Sequence record: OQ561750
Reading direction: 5' to 3' (one strand)
DNA length: 64,000 bases
Source: Escherichia phage LHE83
The notes below the pieces were generated by a model. The model made no database searches. It had not been told where the DNA came from and was given only the letters and a program-made list of their open reading frames with translations. Numbering within the stretch: the first letter of the stretch is position 1; each line of letters begins with the position of its first letter. This document shows positions 27,240 to 36,361 of the stretch, piece after piece. A program made the translations under genes and the position numbers.

Positions 27240-27255
27240 GGAGGCTTCGGCCTCC
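27240..27255 (+). other. GGAGGC-UUCG-GCCUCC hairpin without U-run after rIIB
   Basis: Perfect 6-bp stem with UUCG loop. Confidence 0.6.
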
Positions 27256-27267
27256 TAAGAGGAAATT

Positions 27268-27465
27268 ATGTTAGATTACCAAGCACGTGTAGTTGAAGAA
27301 TACGACCAGTTGGTTCTTAAAATTAATGCTCTCGAAGAGTTTATTAAAGGCGGTGTTTTTGAAACTCTTGATATCCGTCAACAAGGGTTACTGATTTCAC
27401 AACTGGATGCGATGGGTGCTTATGCTCATTGTTTAGAGGTTCGTATTTCTTATTTCGGTGAGTAA
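27268..27465 (+). CDS. hypothetical protein
   Basis: SD AGAGGA. Confidence 0.5.
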   Translation: MLDYQARVVEEYDQLVLKINALEEFIKGGVFETLDIRQQGLLISQLDAMGAYAHCLEVRISYFGE

Positions 27466-27466
27466 A

Positions 27467-27766
27467 ATGATTAATTACCTGAATGTCGGTGAACGTGATA
27501 TCAAGATTTCCAATTTGCGTGGGTTCCATCGTGCAGGTACTGTTTATTGTGCTAAGCTCGTTAAACACCCTGGTGATGTTCATTACGCTTTTCTAGAATG
27601 CGATGAGGTGGTTGAAGGCGAGTTTCCTTTAGTAGATTCTGATACTTTAGAACCCGACGACCGAATTTATTACGGTGAACTTCATATTCGAGGCATTTAT
27701 GGTGAAGACGAACCCGGGACTACTCCGATTGGCAGCGATGCCGACATTTACCCTGAAGACATCTGA
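27467..27766 (+). CDS. hypothetical protein
   Basis: ATG immediately after upstream stop. Confidence 0.5.
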   Translation: MINYLNVGERDIKISNLRGFHRAGTVYCAKLVKHPGDVHYAFLECDEVVEGEFPLVDSDTLEPDDRIYYGELHIRGIYGEDEPGTTPIGSDADIYPEDI

Positions 27767-27779
27767 TTTAACAGGCGAA

Positions 27780-28256
27780 ATGAAGGTCAAGATTAAGGAT
27801 ACCGTATTGTATTCCTTAAGTCAAGACCCGTCCCAAGATAAGAAAGAAGTATTGACTCGGTGTGTCATTGCAACGTACGCCGAGTACATGGTTGCAGATT
27901 GGTTGAAAGGATATGTTAACAGTGGTCTGGAAGACCATGACGACCCTTATACCTATGCATGGGATGTTTTAGCTCATCCTATGTACTGTGGACTACGCGT
28001 AGAGGTCAAGACCCATCAGTCGGATTCTAAGTGGATTTCCTGCACTACAGGATACTCCGGTGACTTCCCTTATGGAACAGGGATTAACCTGGGCCCGCTC
28101 TTGAATCATAAAGTTGCAGACTGTATAATTATATTCGACACTTCAGTAAATGAGGCAGGCGACGTCCTGTTCACTCCTAAGTTCTCTGGCGACAGAGAAG
28201 CCATCAAAAAACTAGTCCGTAAGAGTAATTTCAACGGCTGGTATCTCGCCTTATAA
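27780..28256 (+). CDS. hypothetical protein
   Basis: ORF; start uncertain (alternatives 27675/27699). Confidence 0.45.
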   Translation: MKVKIKDTVLYSLSQDPSQDKKEVLTRCVIATYAEYMVADWLKGYVNSGLEDHDDPYTYAWDVLAHPMYCGLRVEVKTHQSDSKWISCTTGYSGDFPYGTGINLGPLLNHKVADCIIIFDTSVNEAGDVLFTPKFSGDREAIKKLVRKSNFNGWYLAL

Positions 28257-28329
28257 ATTTTTTAAATAAGTGTTTACATACACCAAGGATGGTGTTACTA
28301 TCTTCCTATCAACTTGAGAGGAAAACAAA

Positions 28330-28587
28330 ATGAAATTCTATTACGCCAAACATAAAATTACCCGTGAGTTTGTATCGTTTTCAACCTTTTCAGATGAAGA
28401 AGACTTTTGCATCACTGGTCTGGATTTATCTAAATATGAAACCGACCAGCCTTATTTGACCACTCATGACGAGATTCAACGTTTGGTGAACGGTGAGCTA
28501 AATAATTCTTACTGCACTCAAATTTACCCTGCTTTGAAAAAAGCTATCAATGCTAATCAGATTGAAATCATTGAGGTGGAATTGTGA
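28330..28587 (+). CDS. hypothetical protein, small paralog 1
   Basis: KFYYAKHKIT...LVNGELNN shared with next ORF. Confidence 0.55.
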   Translation: MKFYYAKHKITREFVSFSTFSDEEDFCITGLDLSKYETDQPYLTTHDEIQRLVNGELNNSYCTQIYPALKKAINANQIEIIEVEL

Positions 28588-28850
28588 ATATCAAATTATA
28601 TTACGCTAAACACAAAGTTACGGGTACGGTTGTTGCCGCCATGTATGACGCGTCAGGTGATGGTGACGATATTACTACAGAGTTATCTCTTTCTGAATGT
28701 AAATTTCTCCGTCCTTTAATCGCATCAAAGGAAGATTTACAAAAACTTATCGATGGAAAACTGGATAATGTTGATGGCATAGATATTCTTTATGACCTTC
28801 GCACTGCATTGTACAGAGGATTGATTGAAATTAAAGAGGTAGTATTTTGA
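28584..28850 (+). CDS. hypothetical protein, small paralog 2
   Basis: GTG start, SD GAGGTGG; KLYYAKHKVT...LIDGKLDN. Confidence 0.55.
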   Translation: MNIKLYYAKHKVTGTVVAAMYDASGDGDDITTELSLSECKFLRPLIASKEDLQKLIDGKLDNVDGIDILYDLRTALYRGLIEIKEVVF

Positions 28851-28995
28851 GTAGCAAAATGTGGTGCCTTATTTGGTTGACCTGTATCCCAGTGATTTGC
28901 GTATGTTTTAGTTTATTGTTGTGAAAATTGGCATAAAACAGTGTACATCTCCATTAATCATGATATTATAGACCTATCAACTAATGGAGATGATT

Positions 28996-29106
28996 ATGAA
29001 AAACTTACTTAAAGCAATTTGGAACATGTTTGTGTTGTTAATGGTATTGAGCATTTTCCCAATCGTTTTTATGATTGACCATGTACGTGTATTCTTTAAT
29101 TTCTGA
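28996..29106 (+). CDS. small membrane peptide (36 aa)
   Basis: SD GGAGA; hydrophobic core; preceded by GTTTAC promoter. Confidence 0.5.
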   Translation: MKNLLKAIWNMFVLLMVLSIFPIVFMIDHVRVFFNF

Positions 29107-29116
29107 GGAAAATATT

Positions 29117-29329
29117 ATGAAACTTTTTAAAGATGTCGCAGTTGGTGAGAGCTTTGTATTACATAACGGCCAACAACTGATTCGCATTTCTCCTTTGCAA
29201 GTTGGTACTGAATTACAACCTGTTAATGCCACAGACCTTTATGATTCAACTAAGCGTTTTTGTGTAGGCCCTAGTGTGCAATGCCTTACTGTTGATGAAC
29301 TGATGGCTATTTCTGTTGACGCTGAATAA
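29117..29329 (+). CDS. hypothetical protein
   Basis: SD GAGGA. Confidence 0.5.
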   Translation: MKLFKDVAVGESFVLHNGQQLIRISPLQVGTELQPVNATDLYDSTKRFCVGPSVQCLTVDELMAISVDAE

Positions 29330-29339
29330 GGAAAATATT

Positions 29340-29684
29340 ATGTCTAAATTATTTTTTGGTAATCGCAACATTATGTTCTTTAAACAACTCAGCCTCCAAG
29401 ATGCATCGGTGGCATTCAATCAAAGTATGATTCCCGGTGTAGATTCAAAAATTATGACGAGTGCTGATTTCGTTTTCGTTCAAGACCCAGAAACAGGCTT
29501 TTATCGGTTCATTAAATTTCGTATGAGTATGGACCCAGGTTATCATAGTGCTTACTACGTGAGTTATGAAAACGTTATCAAAGAATTACGTGATACCTAT
29601 GGACGCGCTTTGAACCCGCTGAACAAGGTTTATAATGCTTCTTTTTATACGAGCGGATTTATTTTAGAACAGCTACAAAAATAG
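29340..29684 (+). CDS. hypothetical protein
   Basis: SD AAGGA. Confidence 0.5.
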   Translation: MSKLFFGNRNIMFFKQLSLQDASVAFNQSMIPGVDSKIMTSADFVFVQDPETGFYRFIKFRMSMDPGYHSAYYVSYENVIKELRDTYGRALNPLNKVYNASFYTSGFILEQLQK

Positions 29685-29712
29685 TTTACAACCTCGAGAA
29701 TCGTGTTATAAT
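29684..29712 (+). promoter_or_regulatory. early promoter (GTTTAC, 17 bp, TGtTATAAT) with flanking inverted repeat CGAGAA/TTCTCG
   Basis: Hexamers and spacing. Confidence 0.7.
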
Positions 29713-29761
29713 GGTTCTCGTTGACTGGATAACAAAACATTAATCTACTGAGGAAATTGAT

Positions 29762-30211
29762 ATGAATACTTATATGACTCGCCGTAACGTTCTGTCTGCT
29801 GGTGCTACTACTGTTGCTTATGTTAAGAACGGTGAATACCAAAATGGTAAACCTTCTAAAGAAATCTCTGCTCAGCCAGGCTTCTACTTCTTTGTTAAAG
29901 GTGGTGCTGATTCTCGTGTCGTAGCGGCTCGTTTTTATGTCGGTAATCAACGTTCGGCCCAAGGGCTCGACGGTATCGTGGCTAACATTCGTAAGAAACG
30001 TTCTCAATCAGCTCGCACTATGGCAGTGAACGGTGTTGTGTATGAAGTTCTTTATGTACCGGCTTCTAAGATGAAACCCCTGACTACAGGTTTTGGTAAG
30101 GGTCAAATTGCAATGGCTTTCACTCGTAATCATAGTTCCGACCTCCAGACACTGGAAGAAATGAACCGTATGTTGGCTGATAACTTTAAATTCATCCTGC
30201 AGGCTTACTAA
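29762..30211 (+). CDS. ndd: nucleoid disruption protein Ndd-like
   Basis: Size/position and C-terminus ...[17 protein letters not shown] resembling T4 Ndd by recollection. Confidence 0.6.
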
Positions 30212-30288
30212 TGAGTAATTTCCATAACGAGCATGTGATGCAGTTCTATCGTAACAATCTTAAAACTAAAGGCGTCTTCGGACGCTAA
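30211..30288 (+). CDS. stp: Stp peptide (25 aa)
   Basis: [25 protein letters not shown] matches T4 Stp by recollection; TAATG overlap with ndd. Confidence 0.8.
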
Positions 30289-30298
30289 TGAGGAAAAT

Positions 30299-30460
30299 AT
30301 GGTTATCCTAGTTTTTATTGAACTTATTATGGCTATAGTCTGTTCAGTTTGCTTCTTTTTAGGTGTGTGGGCCCCTCGTCCGATATTCTTAAGTTTTCTG
30401 CTTATTGGTTGGGTTCTTTCTACTTTTGTCGGTTTACTTAAGACGATTAAAAATGATTAA
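30299..30460 (+). CDS. small membrane protein (53 aa)
   Basis: SD AGGA; two hydrophobic segments; ac-region of T4 map. Confidence 0.5.
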   Translation: MVILVFIELIMAIVCSVCFFLGVWAPRPIFLSFLLIGWVLSTFVGLLKTIKND

Positions 30461-30593
30461 TAAAATCCTGGGCTACTCGTTAGCCCTTGCTGCTTTATTA
30501 GTAGCGCTGTATTACGGAGTAATGTTCGGACTTATCCAAGTTGTGCTTTTTATTTCCGATGTTATTATGGCTATTCATTCACTAGTATGGTAA
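30453..30593 (+). CDS. small membrane protein (46 aa)
   Basis: Hydrophobic ORF immediately upstream of gene 52. Confidence 0.45.
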   Translation: MINKILGYSLALAALLVALYYGVMFGLIQVVLFISDVIMAIHSLVW

Positions 30594-30597
30594 AATT

Positions 30598-31977
30598 ATG
30601 GCTGATGTAATTGATACCCTTTTTAAACAGGCTTTAGATGTTTACGATGATTCTTTCACTCGTCGTGACTTAAAAAGTATTATCGACAACGAAGCATTGG
30701 CTTATGCAATGTATACTGTCGAAAACCGAGCCATTCCAAATATGATTGATGGCTTTAAACCTGTACAACGTTTTGTAGTGGCTCGTTGTCTTGATATGGC
30801 TCGTGGTAATAAAGAAAAATTCCACAAACTGGCTTCTATCGCTGGTGGTGTAGCCGACCTCGGATATCACCACGGTGAAGGTTCTGCTCAGGAAGCAGGG
30901 GCTTTGATGGCTAACACATGGAACAACAACTATCCATTGTTAGACGGTCAAGGTAACTTCGGTTCTCGATTGGTTCAAAAGGCTGCAGCCTCTCGTTATA
31001 TTTTTGCTCGTATCGGAAGTAACTTTGCAAAAGTTTATAAGGACACAGAATATGCTCCGGTTCATGCGGATGTCGAACATAAGCCACCGGCTTTTTATCT
31101 GCCTATTATTCCTACTGTTCTTCTTAATGGCGTTTCCGGTATTGCAACTGGTTATGCAACTAATATTCTTCCTCATAGTTTTGATTCTGTTAAGAAAGCT
31201 GTACTGCAAGTTCTTCAGGAAAAACGAGTAACCAAACCCAAAGTGGCTTATCCTGAATTCCGTGGTGAAGTTGTTGAGATTGAACCTGGTAGTTATGAGA
31301 TTCGTGGAACGTATAAGTTCACATCCCGAACCCAAATGCATATCACGGAAATCCCATACAAATACGACCGTGAAACATATGTGGCTAAGGTATTAGACCC
31401 TCTGGAAGACAAAGGGTATATCACATATGATGATGACTGTGACGAGAACGGTTTTGGCTTCAAGGTTAAGATTCGTAAAGAATACGAATTGCCTACCGAA
31501 GAAAACAAGAAGCATGAAAAAATCATGAAGGACTTCGGGTTAATCGAACGTCGTTCACAAAACCTGACCGTCATTAATGAAAAAGGTAAACTTAAGGTTT
31601 ACGAAGATGCAGTTGAACTGATTCGTGATTTCGTTGAGGTCCGTAAGACCTTTGTACAAAAACGTATTGATGGTAAAATCATCGAAACCGAAGAAGCTTT
31701 TAAACTAGCATTGGCTAAAGCCACATTCATCAAAGATGTTATTGACGGGACTGTAGTTATCCAAGGTAAGACTCGTAAGGTTTTAACTGAGGAATTGGCT
31801 GGTAATAAAGTCTACGGCGAATACGCTGATAAACTGGTTGCAATGAACATTTTCCATATCACATCCGATGAAGCCAAGAAACTGGCCCTCGAAGCCAAGG
31901 CTAAGAAAGAAGAGCATCAATACTGGAAATCTACTGATGTGGTAACTGAGTATGTTAAAGATTTGGAGGCTCTATGA
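30598..31977 (+). CDS. 52: topoisomerase II medium subunit gp52 (GyrA-like)
   Basis: 459 aa; N-terminus and active-site region resemble T4 gp52. Confidence 0.9.
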   Translation: MADVIDTLFKQALDVYDDSFTRRDLKSIIDNEALAYAMYTVENRAIPNMIDGFKPVQRFVVARCLDMARGNKEKFHKLASIAGGVADLGYHHGEGSAQEAGALMANTWNNNYPLLDGQGNFGSRLVQKAAASRYIFARIGSNFAKVYKDTEYAPVHADVEHKPPAFYLPIIPTVLLNGVSGIATGYATNILPHSFDSVKKAVLQVLQEKRVTKPKVAYPEFRGEVVEIEPGSYEIRGTYKFTSRTQMHITEIPYKYDRETYVAKVLDPLEDKGYITYDDDCDENGFGFKVKIRKEYELPTEENKKHEKIMKDFGLIERRSQNLTVINEKGKLKVYEDAVELIRDFVEVRKTFVQKRIDGKIIETEEAFKLALAKATFIKDVIDGTVVIQGKTRKVLTEELAGNKVYGEYADKLVAMNIFHITSDEAKKLALEAKAKKEEHQYWKSTDVVTEYVKDLEAL

Positions 31978-32078
31978 GCCTTGGAGTCGAGTTCTTGTTA
32001 CTCTGTATCTTTGCTGTTATTCTGGGCCTGGCGACAGGCTTAGCTATAGGTTTAATAGCAGCTCACTTTAAAAAGTAA
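31974..32078 (+). CDS. small membrane peptide (34 aa)
   Basis: SD GGAGG; ATGA overlap with gene 52 stop; followed directly by terminator. Confidence 0.5.
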   Translation: MSLGVEFLLLCIFAVILGLATGLAIGLIAAHFKK

Positions 32079-32100
32079 GGAACCTTCGGGTTCCTTTTTT
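32079..32100 (+). terminator. intrinsic terminator (GGAACC-UUCG-GGUUCC + U6)
   Basis: Identical to the terminator at 12110. Confidence 0.85.
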
Positions 32101-32117
32101 GGTTTAGTGAAAAAAGT

Positions 32118-32146
32118 GTTTACTTCTGCTTTAAACATGATACTAT
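32118..32146 (+). promoter_or_regulatory. early promoter (GTTTAC, 17 bp, TGaTACTAT) upstream of motA
   Basis: Hexamers/spacing. Confidence 0.7.
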
Positions 32147-32184
32147 AGACCTATCAAAACAATAGAGTGAAATGGAGATACAAA

Positions 32185-32820
32185 ATGTCTAAAATTACTT
32201 ATATCATCAAAGCTTCTGAAGACGTCCTGAATGAAAAAACTGCTTCGATCTTAGTACATATCATCAAGCATAACTTCATCACTTCAGGCGAAGTCCGTGA
32301 AGCCCTGAGTGAGCAATTTAGTGCTGCGGTAGTTAACTCTAACATCGGTGTATTGATTAAGAAAGGATTCATCGAAAAATCCGGTGATGGTTTAGTGGCT
32401 ACGGGTGAAGCAATGGACCTAGTTCAAAAAGCCGCCGACCTGTTCGCTTCTGAAAATGCTCCAGAGATGTTGGAAAAACGTAAAACGCGTAGTTCACGTG
32501 GTGTTACTCCTGAAATGGTAACACTGGCTGATGAAGTTAAAGCTTTATTAGAAGACCGTATCGAGATTCGTGAAATTGCTGAAAACCGTAGCAACCTTGA
32601 AGTTCGATTCGCTAAACGTACCAACGGTATTCGTCAAATCGAAGTCCGTCGTGATGGAATGATGCGTATCTTCGGTTATAATATGACTGATAAAGAAAAA
32701 CAGGTATTTACTTCCTTGAATCTTGATGTTAAGATTAAGACTGGTGGTAAGAATACTTATATCGACTTCCAAAACGTATCATCTGAAGTTATCAAAACCG
32801 TAACCAACGCAATTATCTGA
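32185..32820 (+). CDS. motA: middle transcription activator MotA
   Basis: MSKITYIIKASEDVLNEKTA...NSNIGVLIKKG matches T4 MotA by recollection. Confidence 0.85.
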   Translation: MSKITYIIKASEDVLNEKTASILVHIIKHNFITSGEVREALSEQFSAAVVNSNIGVLIKKGFIEKSGDGLVATGEAMDLVQKAADLFASENAPEMLEKRKTRSSRGVTPEMVTLADEVKALLEDRIEIREIAENRSNLEVRFAKRTNGIRQIEVRRDGMMRIFGYNMTDKEKQVFTSLNLDVKIKTGGKNTYIDFQNVSSEVIKTVTNAII

Positions 32821-32834
32821 CTGAGGAAATTATT

Positions 32835-33164
32835 ATGAACAAGTTTAATATTCTGTGTGAATTACAGCGTTGTAAAGAAAACACCCAAGAAGGTTGGGAT
32901 ATCTGGTATCACGGTGCTTATCTTGGAAGTATCATAAAGGTTAAAGTCGGTAAATACTTAATCGTCCGTAATGATTCAGGCGCTCCATACGGTTCTCGTG
33001 ATACTTTTATGGCGGCATTAGGTTCTTTCGTTGATGCTGCTGGTGAGGTGTACCAAGCAGACTACAAAGAATACCAGGAATCACAACCTGTTATTCGTTC
33101 AATTGGTGTAAATAAAGCTCAACAGAAAACTTTATGGCAACGTGTTAAAGGATGGTTCAAATGA
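32835..33164 (+). CDS. hypothetical protein
   Basis: SD GAGGA. Confidence 0.5.
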   Translation: MNKFNILCELQRCKENTQEGWDIWYHGAYLGSIIKVKVGKYLIVRNDSGAPYGSRDTFMAALGSFVDAAGEVYQADYKEYQESQPVIRSIGVNKAQQKTLWQRVKGWFK

Positions 33165-33499
33165 TTCCGATGGAACTTAACTGGGACGGTGAAGGTCATT
33201 CCCTTAAATTGATTGAAGAACAACGTAATGATTGGGACGAGCGTGTAGCTTTGGTAAGCGGTATTAAGAAAATTTACCAACTCGATCTCCAGATTGATAA
33301 CGTTTATCTTGAATTTGGTATGCAGTTATTACGATTTCTTGAGATTATTTTTATTGAAAAGGTAAATATAACTTCGTATGGCGAGGGCCAAACAGTTAAT
33401 ATTAAATTATCATCCTATTATAAAGGTGATTTAATTGAAACTGCCACCAAAATTCAAGAATTTGCTAAAGATAATGGTCATAAGGTGATTTTCAAATGA
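33152..33499 (+). CDS. hypothetical protein
   Basis: ORF. Confidence 0.5.
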   Translation: MVQMIPMELNWDGEGHSLKLIEEQRNDWDERVALVSGIKKIYQLDLQIDNVYLEFGMQLLRFLEIIFIEKVNITSYGEGQTVNIKLSSYYKGDLIETATKIQEFAKDNGHKVIFK

Positions 33500-33984
33500 A
33501 TCCATTAAAAGGTAAAGCATTATCCTTTAAAGACCGTATGGCTTTATTAGATAAAGCTCTTTCTCGCGAGACGCCTGAAAGTCTAGCAGCTAAATTACGG
33601 GCATATGGTGATTACACCGAATATACAGAAGAGGATGTTTTAGAAGAGGTTCCTGAAATCTGTTGGCAAATCGCTCATTGGAACAATAATGAAAAATATC
33701 AGCGCAGGATTGTGTGCGCAGCCAACCGCTTTAAGTTAAAAGACGGTGGGACTCTGGTTATTCCTGGCGCTCGTCATTATTCTAAAGATATGGCTGAAGT
33801 TCTCGACCAGGTAAGTGATAAACTTGCATCAGACCATGTTTGTGGTGATGACCAAGGATTTATTGACCAATATTCAAACTATTGGACTCGCGAAGAAGCA
33901 ATGATTATTGCGACTTATGCTAATCAAGTTCGTATTGAACGTGATGGCAGTGAAAAAGAACTTTACTCTGAGGACCTTTACTAA
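33496..33984 (+). CDS. hypothetical protein
   Basis: ORF. Confidence 0.5.
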   Translation: MNPLKGKALSFKDRMALLDKALSRETPESLAAKLRAYGDYTEYTEEDVLEEVPEICWQIAHWNNNEKYQRRIVCAANRFKLKDGGTLVIPGARHYSKDMAEVLDQVSDKLASDHVCGDDQGFIDQYSNYWTREEAMIIATYANQVRIERDGSEKELYSEDLY

Positions 33985-34265
33985 TGAATCTTAAACAACT
34001 CCAGATTGATGCAATCGAAGCCCATATTAATCATGTTAAACGTCTTAATGTCATGGTGGAAGACAACTGGGGAACTTATGTCAACCAACCGGCTTGGGAT
34101 GCCTTAGACCACGAATATATAAAGAATATTAGTTCTAAGACAATCCATGGTAATATGGAAGGGTTGAAGCCGTTCCTACGTGATATGTATATTGCAACTA
34201 ATAAAGAAATTATCAGCTCTCTTGAATATCAATTAAGGAAATTACGTGAACAATCCGGTAGCTAA
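33984..34265 (+). CDS. hypothetical protein
   Basis: ORF. Confidence 0.5.
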   Translation: MNLKQLQIDAIEAHINHVKRLNVMVEDNWGTYVNQPAWDALDHEYIKNISSKTIHGNMEGLKPFLRDMYIATNKEIISSLEYQLRKLREQSGS

Positions 34266-34354
34266 GCACGATTTCAATAAGGCTTCTGTCCATAAGGATA
34301 AGAAGAAAAATCTTAAAGAGTCTAAACGTAAACAGAAACATAAGGGTAAAGGCT

Positions 34355-34513
34355 ATGAGTCATAACTTAGAGAATACCGTAACAGGCATGCGTACACGTG
34401 AGCAGGAGTGCTTTGAGGAATTCCTGGGAGCTGATTTTAAGTTCCAGGAACCAATAGAAGAGATGTATCAGGAATATGTTAAAAAGAACGAAGAACATGT
34501 TTACAATCCCTAA
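34355..34513 (+). CDS. small hypothetical protein (52 aa)
   Basis: Below track cutoff; SD-like GGTAAAGG upstream. Confidence 0.3.
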   Translation: MSHNLENTVTGMRTREQECFEEFLGADFKFQEPIEEMYQEYVKKNEEHVYNP

Positions 34514-34568
34514 GGATATGTTAGTATAGCCCTATCAGATAATGACGTACTGAATTGAAGAGAATATT

Positions 34569-34844
34569 ATGACTAAAATTGAAATCGTTTCCGAAATTGC
34601 TACTATTGTTTCCATTTTGATTAAAACGGATTGTGAAGACATCATGCAACGTCGTGATGAGTTTATTGCCTTTTTGAATGAGTTGGGTATTCGTAATGAA
34701 CATGGAAAGGAACTTAATGGTTTGTCTTATAACAAATTATTTAAGTCATTAACTGAAGATGAACGTGACACTCTTATTGAGCAATTTAATGAAGGGTATG
34801 AAGATATACACCGTTACTTAATGATGTATACCTCCAATTTCTAA
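34569..34844 (+). CDS. asiA: anti-sigma70 protein AsiA
   Basis: VSEIATIVSILIK...FIAFLNELG...LIEQFNEGYE matches T4 AsiA by recollection. Confidence 0.9.
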   Translation: MTKIEIVSEIATIVSILIKTDCEDIMQRRDEFIAFLNELGIRNEHGKELNGLSYNKLFKSLTEDERDTLIEQFNEGYEDIHRYLMMYTSNF

Positions 34845-35494
34845 CGGGTTCGACCTAATGTCCTCCCAGCCTGACCGCACATAGACGAAAGTCTAGGAAA
34901 TCCTAAATCCGGTTTGATATCATACCAGTACAACGATATCGAGCCGGCGTAGACGTTATCCAAATTAAAAAACGGGCACGAAAACATATACGTGAATTGT
35001 GTTTTCTTCTTTGTAGGAAGGAATACAGTTTCGGTACTTGATTCAAAATAGTTCCCGTTAACTCCCGCCATATATTCTACTGACGTTTTGTCAATTGGAA
35101 ACCCTCCCGTGTTTTTTGCGTCTACCGTTTCCGGTAATTTACCCTCGTAAGCCACCATATCCACAAAATAATTCATGTTGGTTGGTCTAAAAGAATATAT
35201 TGCTGTGAAGTCTGCGCCTGAAGAAGAATGCACTATTCGGAGCTGCTCGATAGCCGCAATTTTAAATCTATTGTCCTGGCCTTGTCTAATCATTTCAGTA
35301 TAAGAGGCATAAGTTGTCTCTTTGTAAAAGTTTAGAATATACTCGCCTTTATACCAAACCAATGCCATAAAGAACAATAATATTACGACTAGGACCCGGG
35401 AAAAAACAACTTTCCCGGAAGAAGTATCTTTAAAAATTCTATCAAGAAGTCCAAAAAGTAGGTCTGATAATGATATTCCTACTTTTGGTTCCAT
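34841..35494 (-). CDS. t: holin T
   Basis: 217 aa; LSDLLFGLLDRIFKD..., single TM, matches T4 holin by recollection. Confidence 0.9.
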   Translation of the reverse strand: MEPKVGISLSDLLFGLLDRIFKDTSSGKVVFSRVLVVILLFFMALVWYKGEYILNFYKETTYASYTEMIRQGQDNRFKIAAIEQLRIVHSSSGADFTAIYSFRPTNMNYFVDMVAYEGKLPETVDAKNTGGFPIDKTSVEYMAGVNGNYFESSTETVFLPTKKKTQFTYMFSCPFFNLDNVYAGSISLYWYDIKPDLGFPRLSSMCGQAGRTLGRTR

Positions 35495-35512
35495 ACTTTT
35501 CTCCTTTAAAGA

Positions 35513-35520
35513 TATTTATA
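35513..35520 (-). promoter_or_regulatory. late promoter TATAAATA upstream of t
   Basis: Reverse complement of TATTTATA at 35513-35520; SD AGGAG follows. Confidence 0.7.
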
Positions 35521-35531
35521 GAGCTTATGCA

Positions 35532-36332
35532 CTATAGCCAGGAACCGTAGATAACACCTGTATTATGCCAAGTAGGAGAACTTCCAGCAACAGCAGCTCC
35601 TGCGCCGCCACCAGCGCCGACTTTTAGAACTTTACCACCATCAGACCATGCATTCTGACCTGCGCCGCCTGCATCGCCACCCTGACCAGAGTGGGCATTT
35701 CCGTATTGATAACCACCTCCTGGACCATCCAAAGAAGCTCCGCCACCTGAATATCCACCACCGCCGCCCGGGCCAAATGGACGTCCACCACCGCCACCGA
35801 TATCTTGCCAGTTAGCACCCGAGTGTACTCGATAGGCAATACCGCCACCGCCACCGCCACCGCCGCAGATAACCCCACCATTATTAATTCTTAAACGACC
35901 GCCAATATCATTTACAATACAAGTTCCACCCCATTGGCCGTTGCCATCGCCACCCGAGTGGGTCCATCCACCTTGACCACCTCGGCCCCATATATGAACC
36001 CCACCACCAATATTCAATTGAACATATTCGTTTGGAGTATCCCCATACATAAAGAACAATGGAACATCACGGGTATAAGATACTAATGTACCTGTAAGAT
36101 TAAACACAATAGGCGCACTACCGGCTTCAAGGCAACGGTCGCGGAACCATTGCCCATTAAAGTTATGGTCCGCTCCTAAAGTATGAATAATCTCACGAGA
36201 CCGACCAGCAAATTGTGACATCCAAGATGGGTTCCCTAGACGCAATTCTCTAGAAGCCGCAGACATCCAACGTTGACCTGTTTCAGCCACTGCTGATGTT
36301 CCAATCCAACCAGGTATTCCTACTACTGCCAT
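35532..36332 (-). CDS. 38: tail-fibre adhesin gp38 (T2-type, glycine-rich motifs)
   Basis: Conserved N-terminus [11 protein letters not shown] plus multiple poly-Gly blocks separated by variable segments. Confidence 0.8.
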   Translation of the reverse strand: MAVVGIPGWIGTSAVAETGQRWMSAASRELRLGNPSWMSQFAGRSREIIHTLGADHNFNGQWFRDRCLEAGSAPIVFNLTGTLVSYTRDVPLFFMYGDTPNEYVQLNIGGGVHIWGRGGQGGWTHSGGDGNGQWGGTCIVNDIGGRLRINNGGVICGGGGGGGGIAYRVHSGANWQDIGGGGGRPFGPGGGGGYSGGGASLDGPGGGYQYGNAHSGQGGDAGGAGQNAWSDGGKVLKVGAGGGAGAAVAGSSPTWHNTGVIYGSWL

Positions 36333-36343
36333 AAAAACCTCCA

Positions 36344-36357
36344 GGGCCCGAAGGCCC
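36344..36357 (-). other. GGGCC-UUCG-GGCCC hairpin between genes 37 and 38, just 5' of the gene 38 SD
   Basis: Perfect stem/tetraloop on minus strand followed by UGGAGGUUUUUAUG. Confidence 0.6.
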
Positions 36358-36361
36358 TTTC

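Noticed and set aside
34246-34365. Lys-rich 39-codon GTG-initiated frame between 33984-34265 and asiA
   Set aside because: Very short, low-complexity, GTG start; insufficient evidence compared with the overlapping 34355-34513 candidate
35624-35881. Internal and antisense ORFs within tail-fibre genes 34-38 (e.g. 35624-35881, 36613-37020, 36632-37009, 42961-43320, 43798-44055)
   Set aside because: Embedded in long, well-supported tail-fibre coding sequences; composition-driven open frames without initiation signals
35532-36332. Poly-GGT/GGC/GGA repeats that might be taken for a CRISPR or simple repeat array
   Set aside because: They are in-frame glycine codons of the gp38 adhesin (glycine-rich motifs), not spacer-repeat units; no CRISPR array is present in the window
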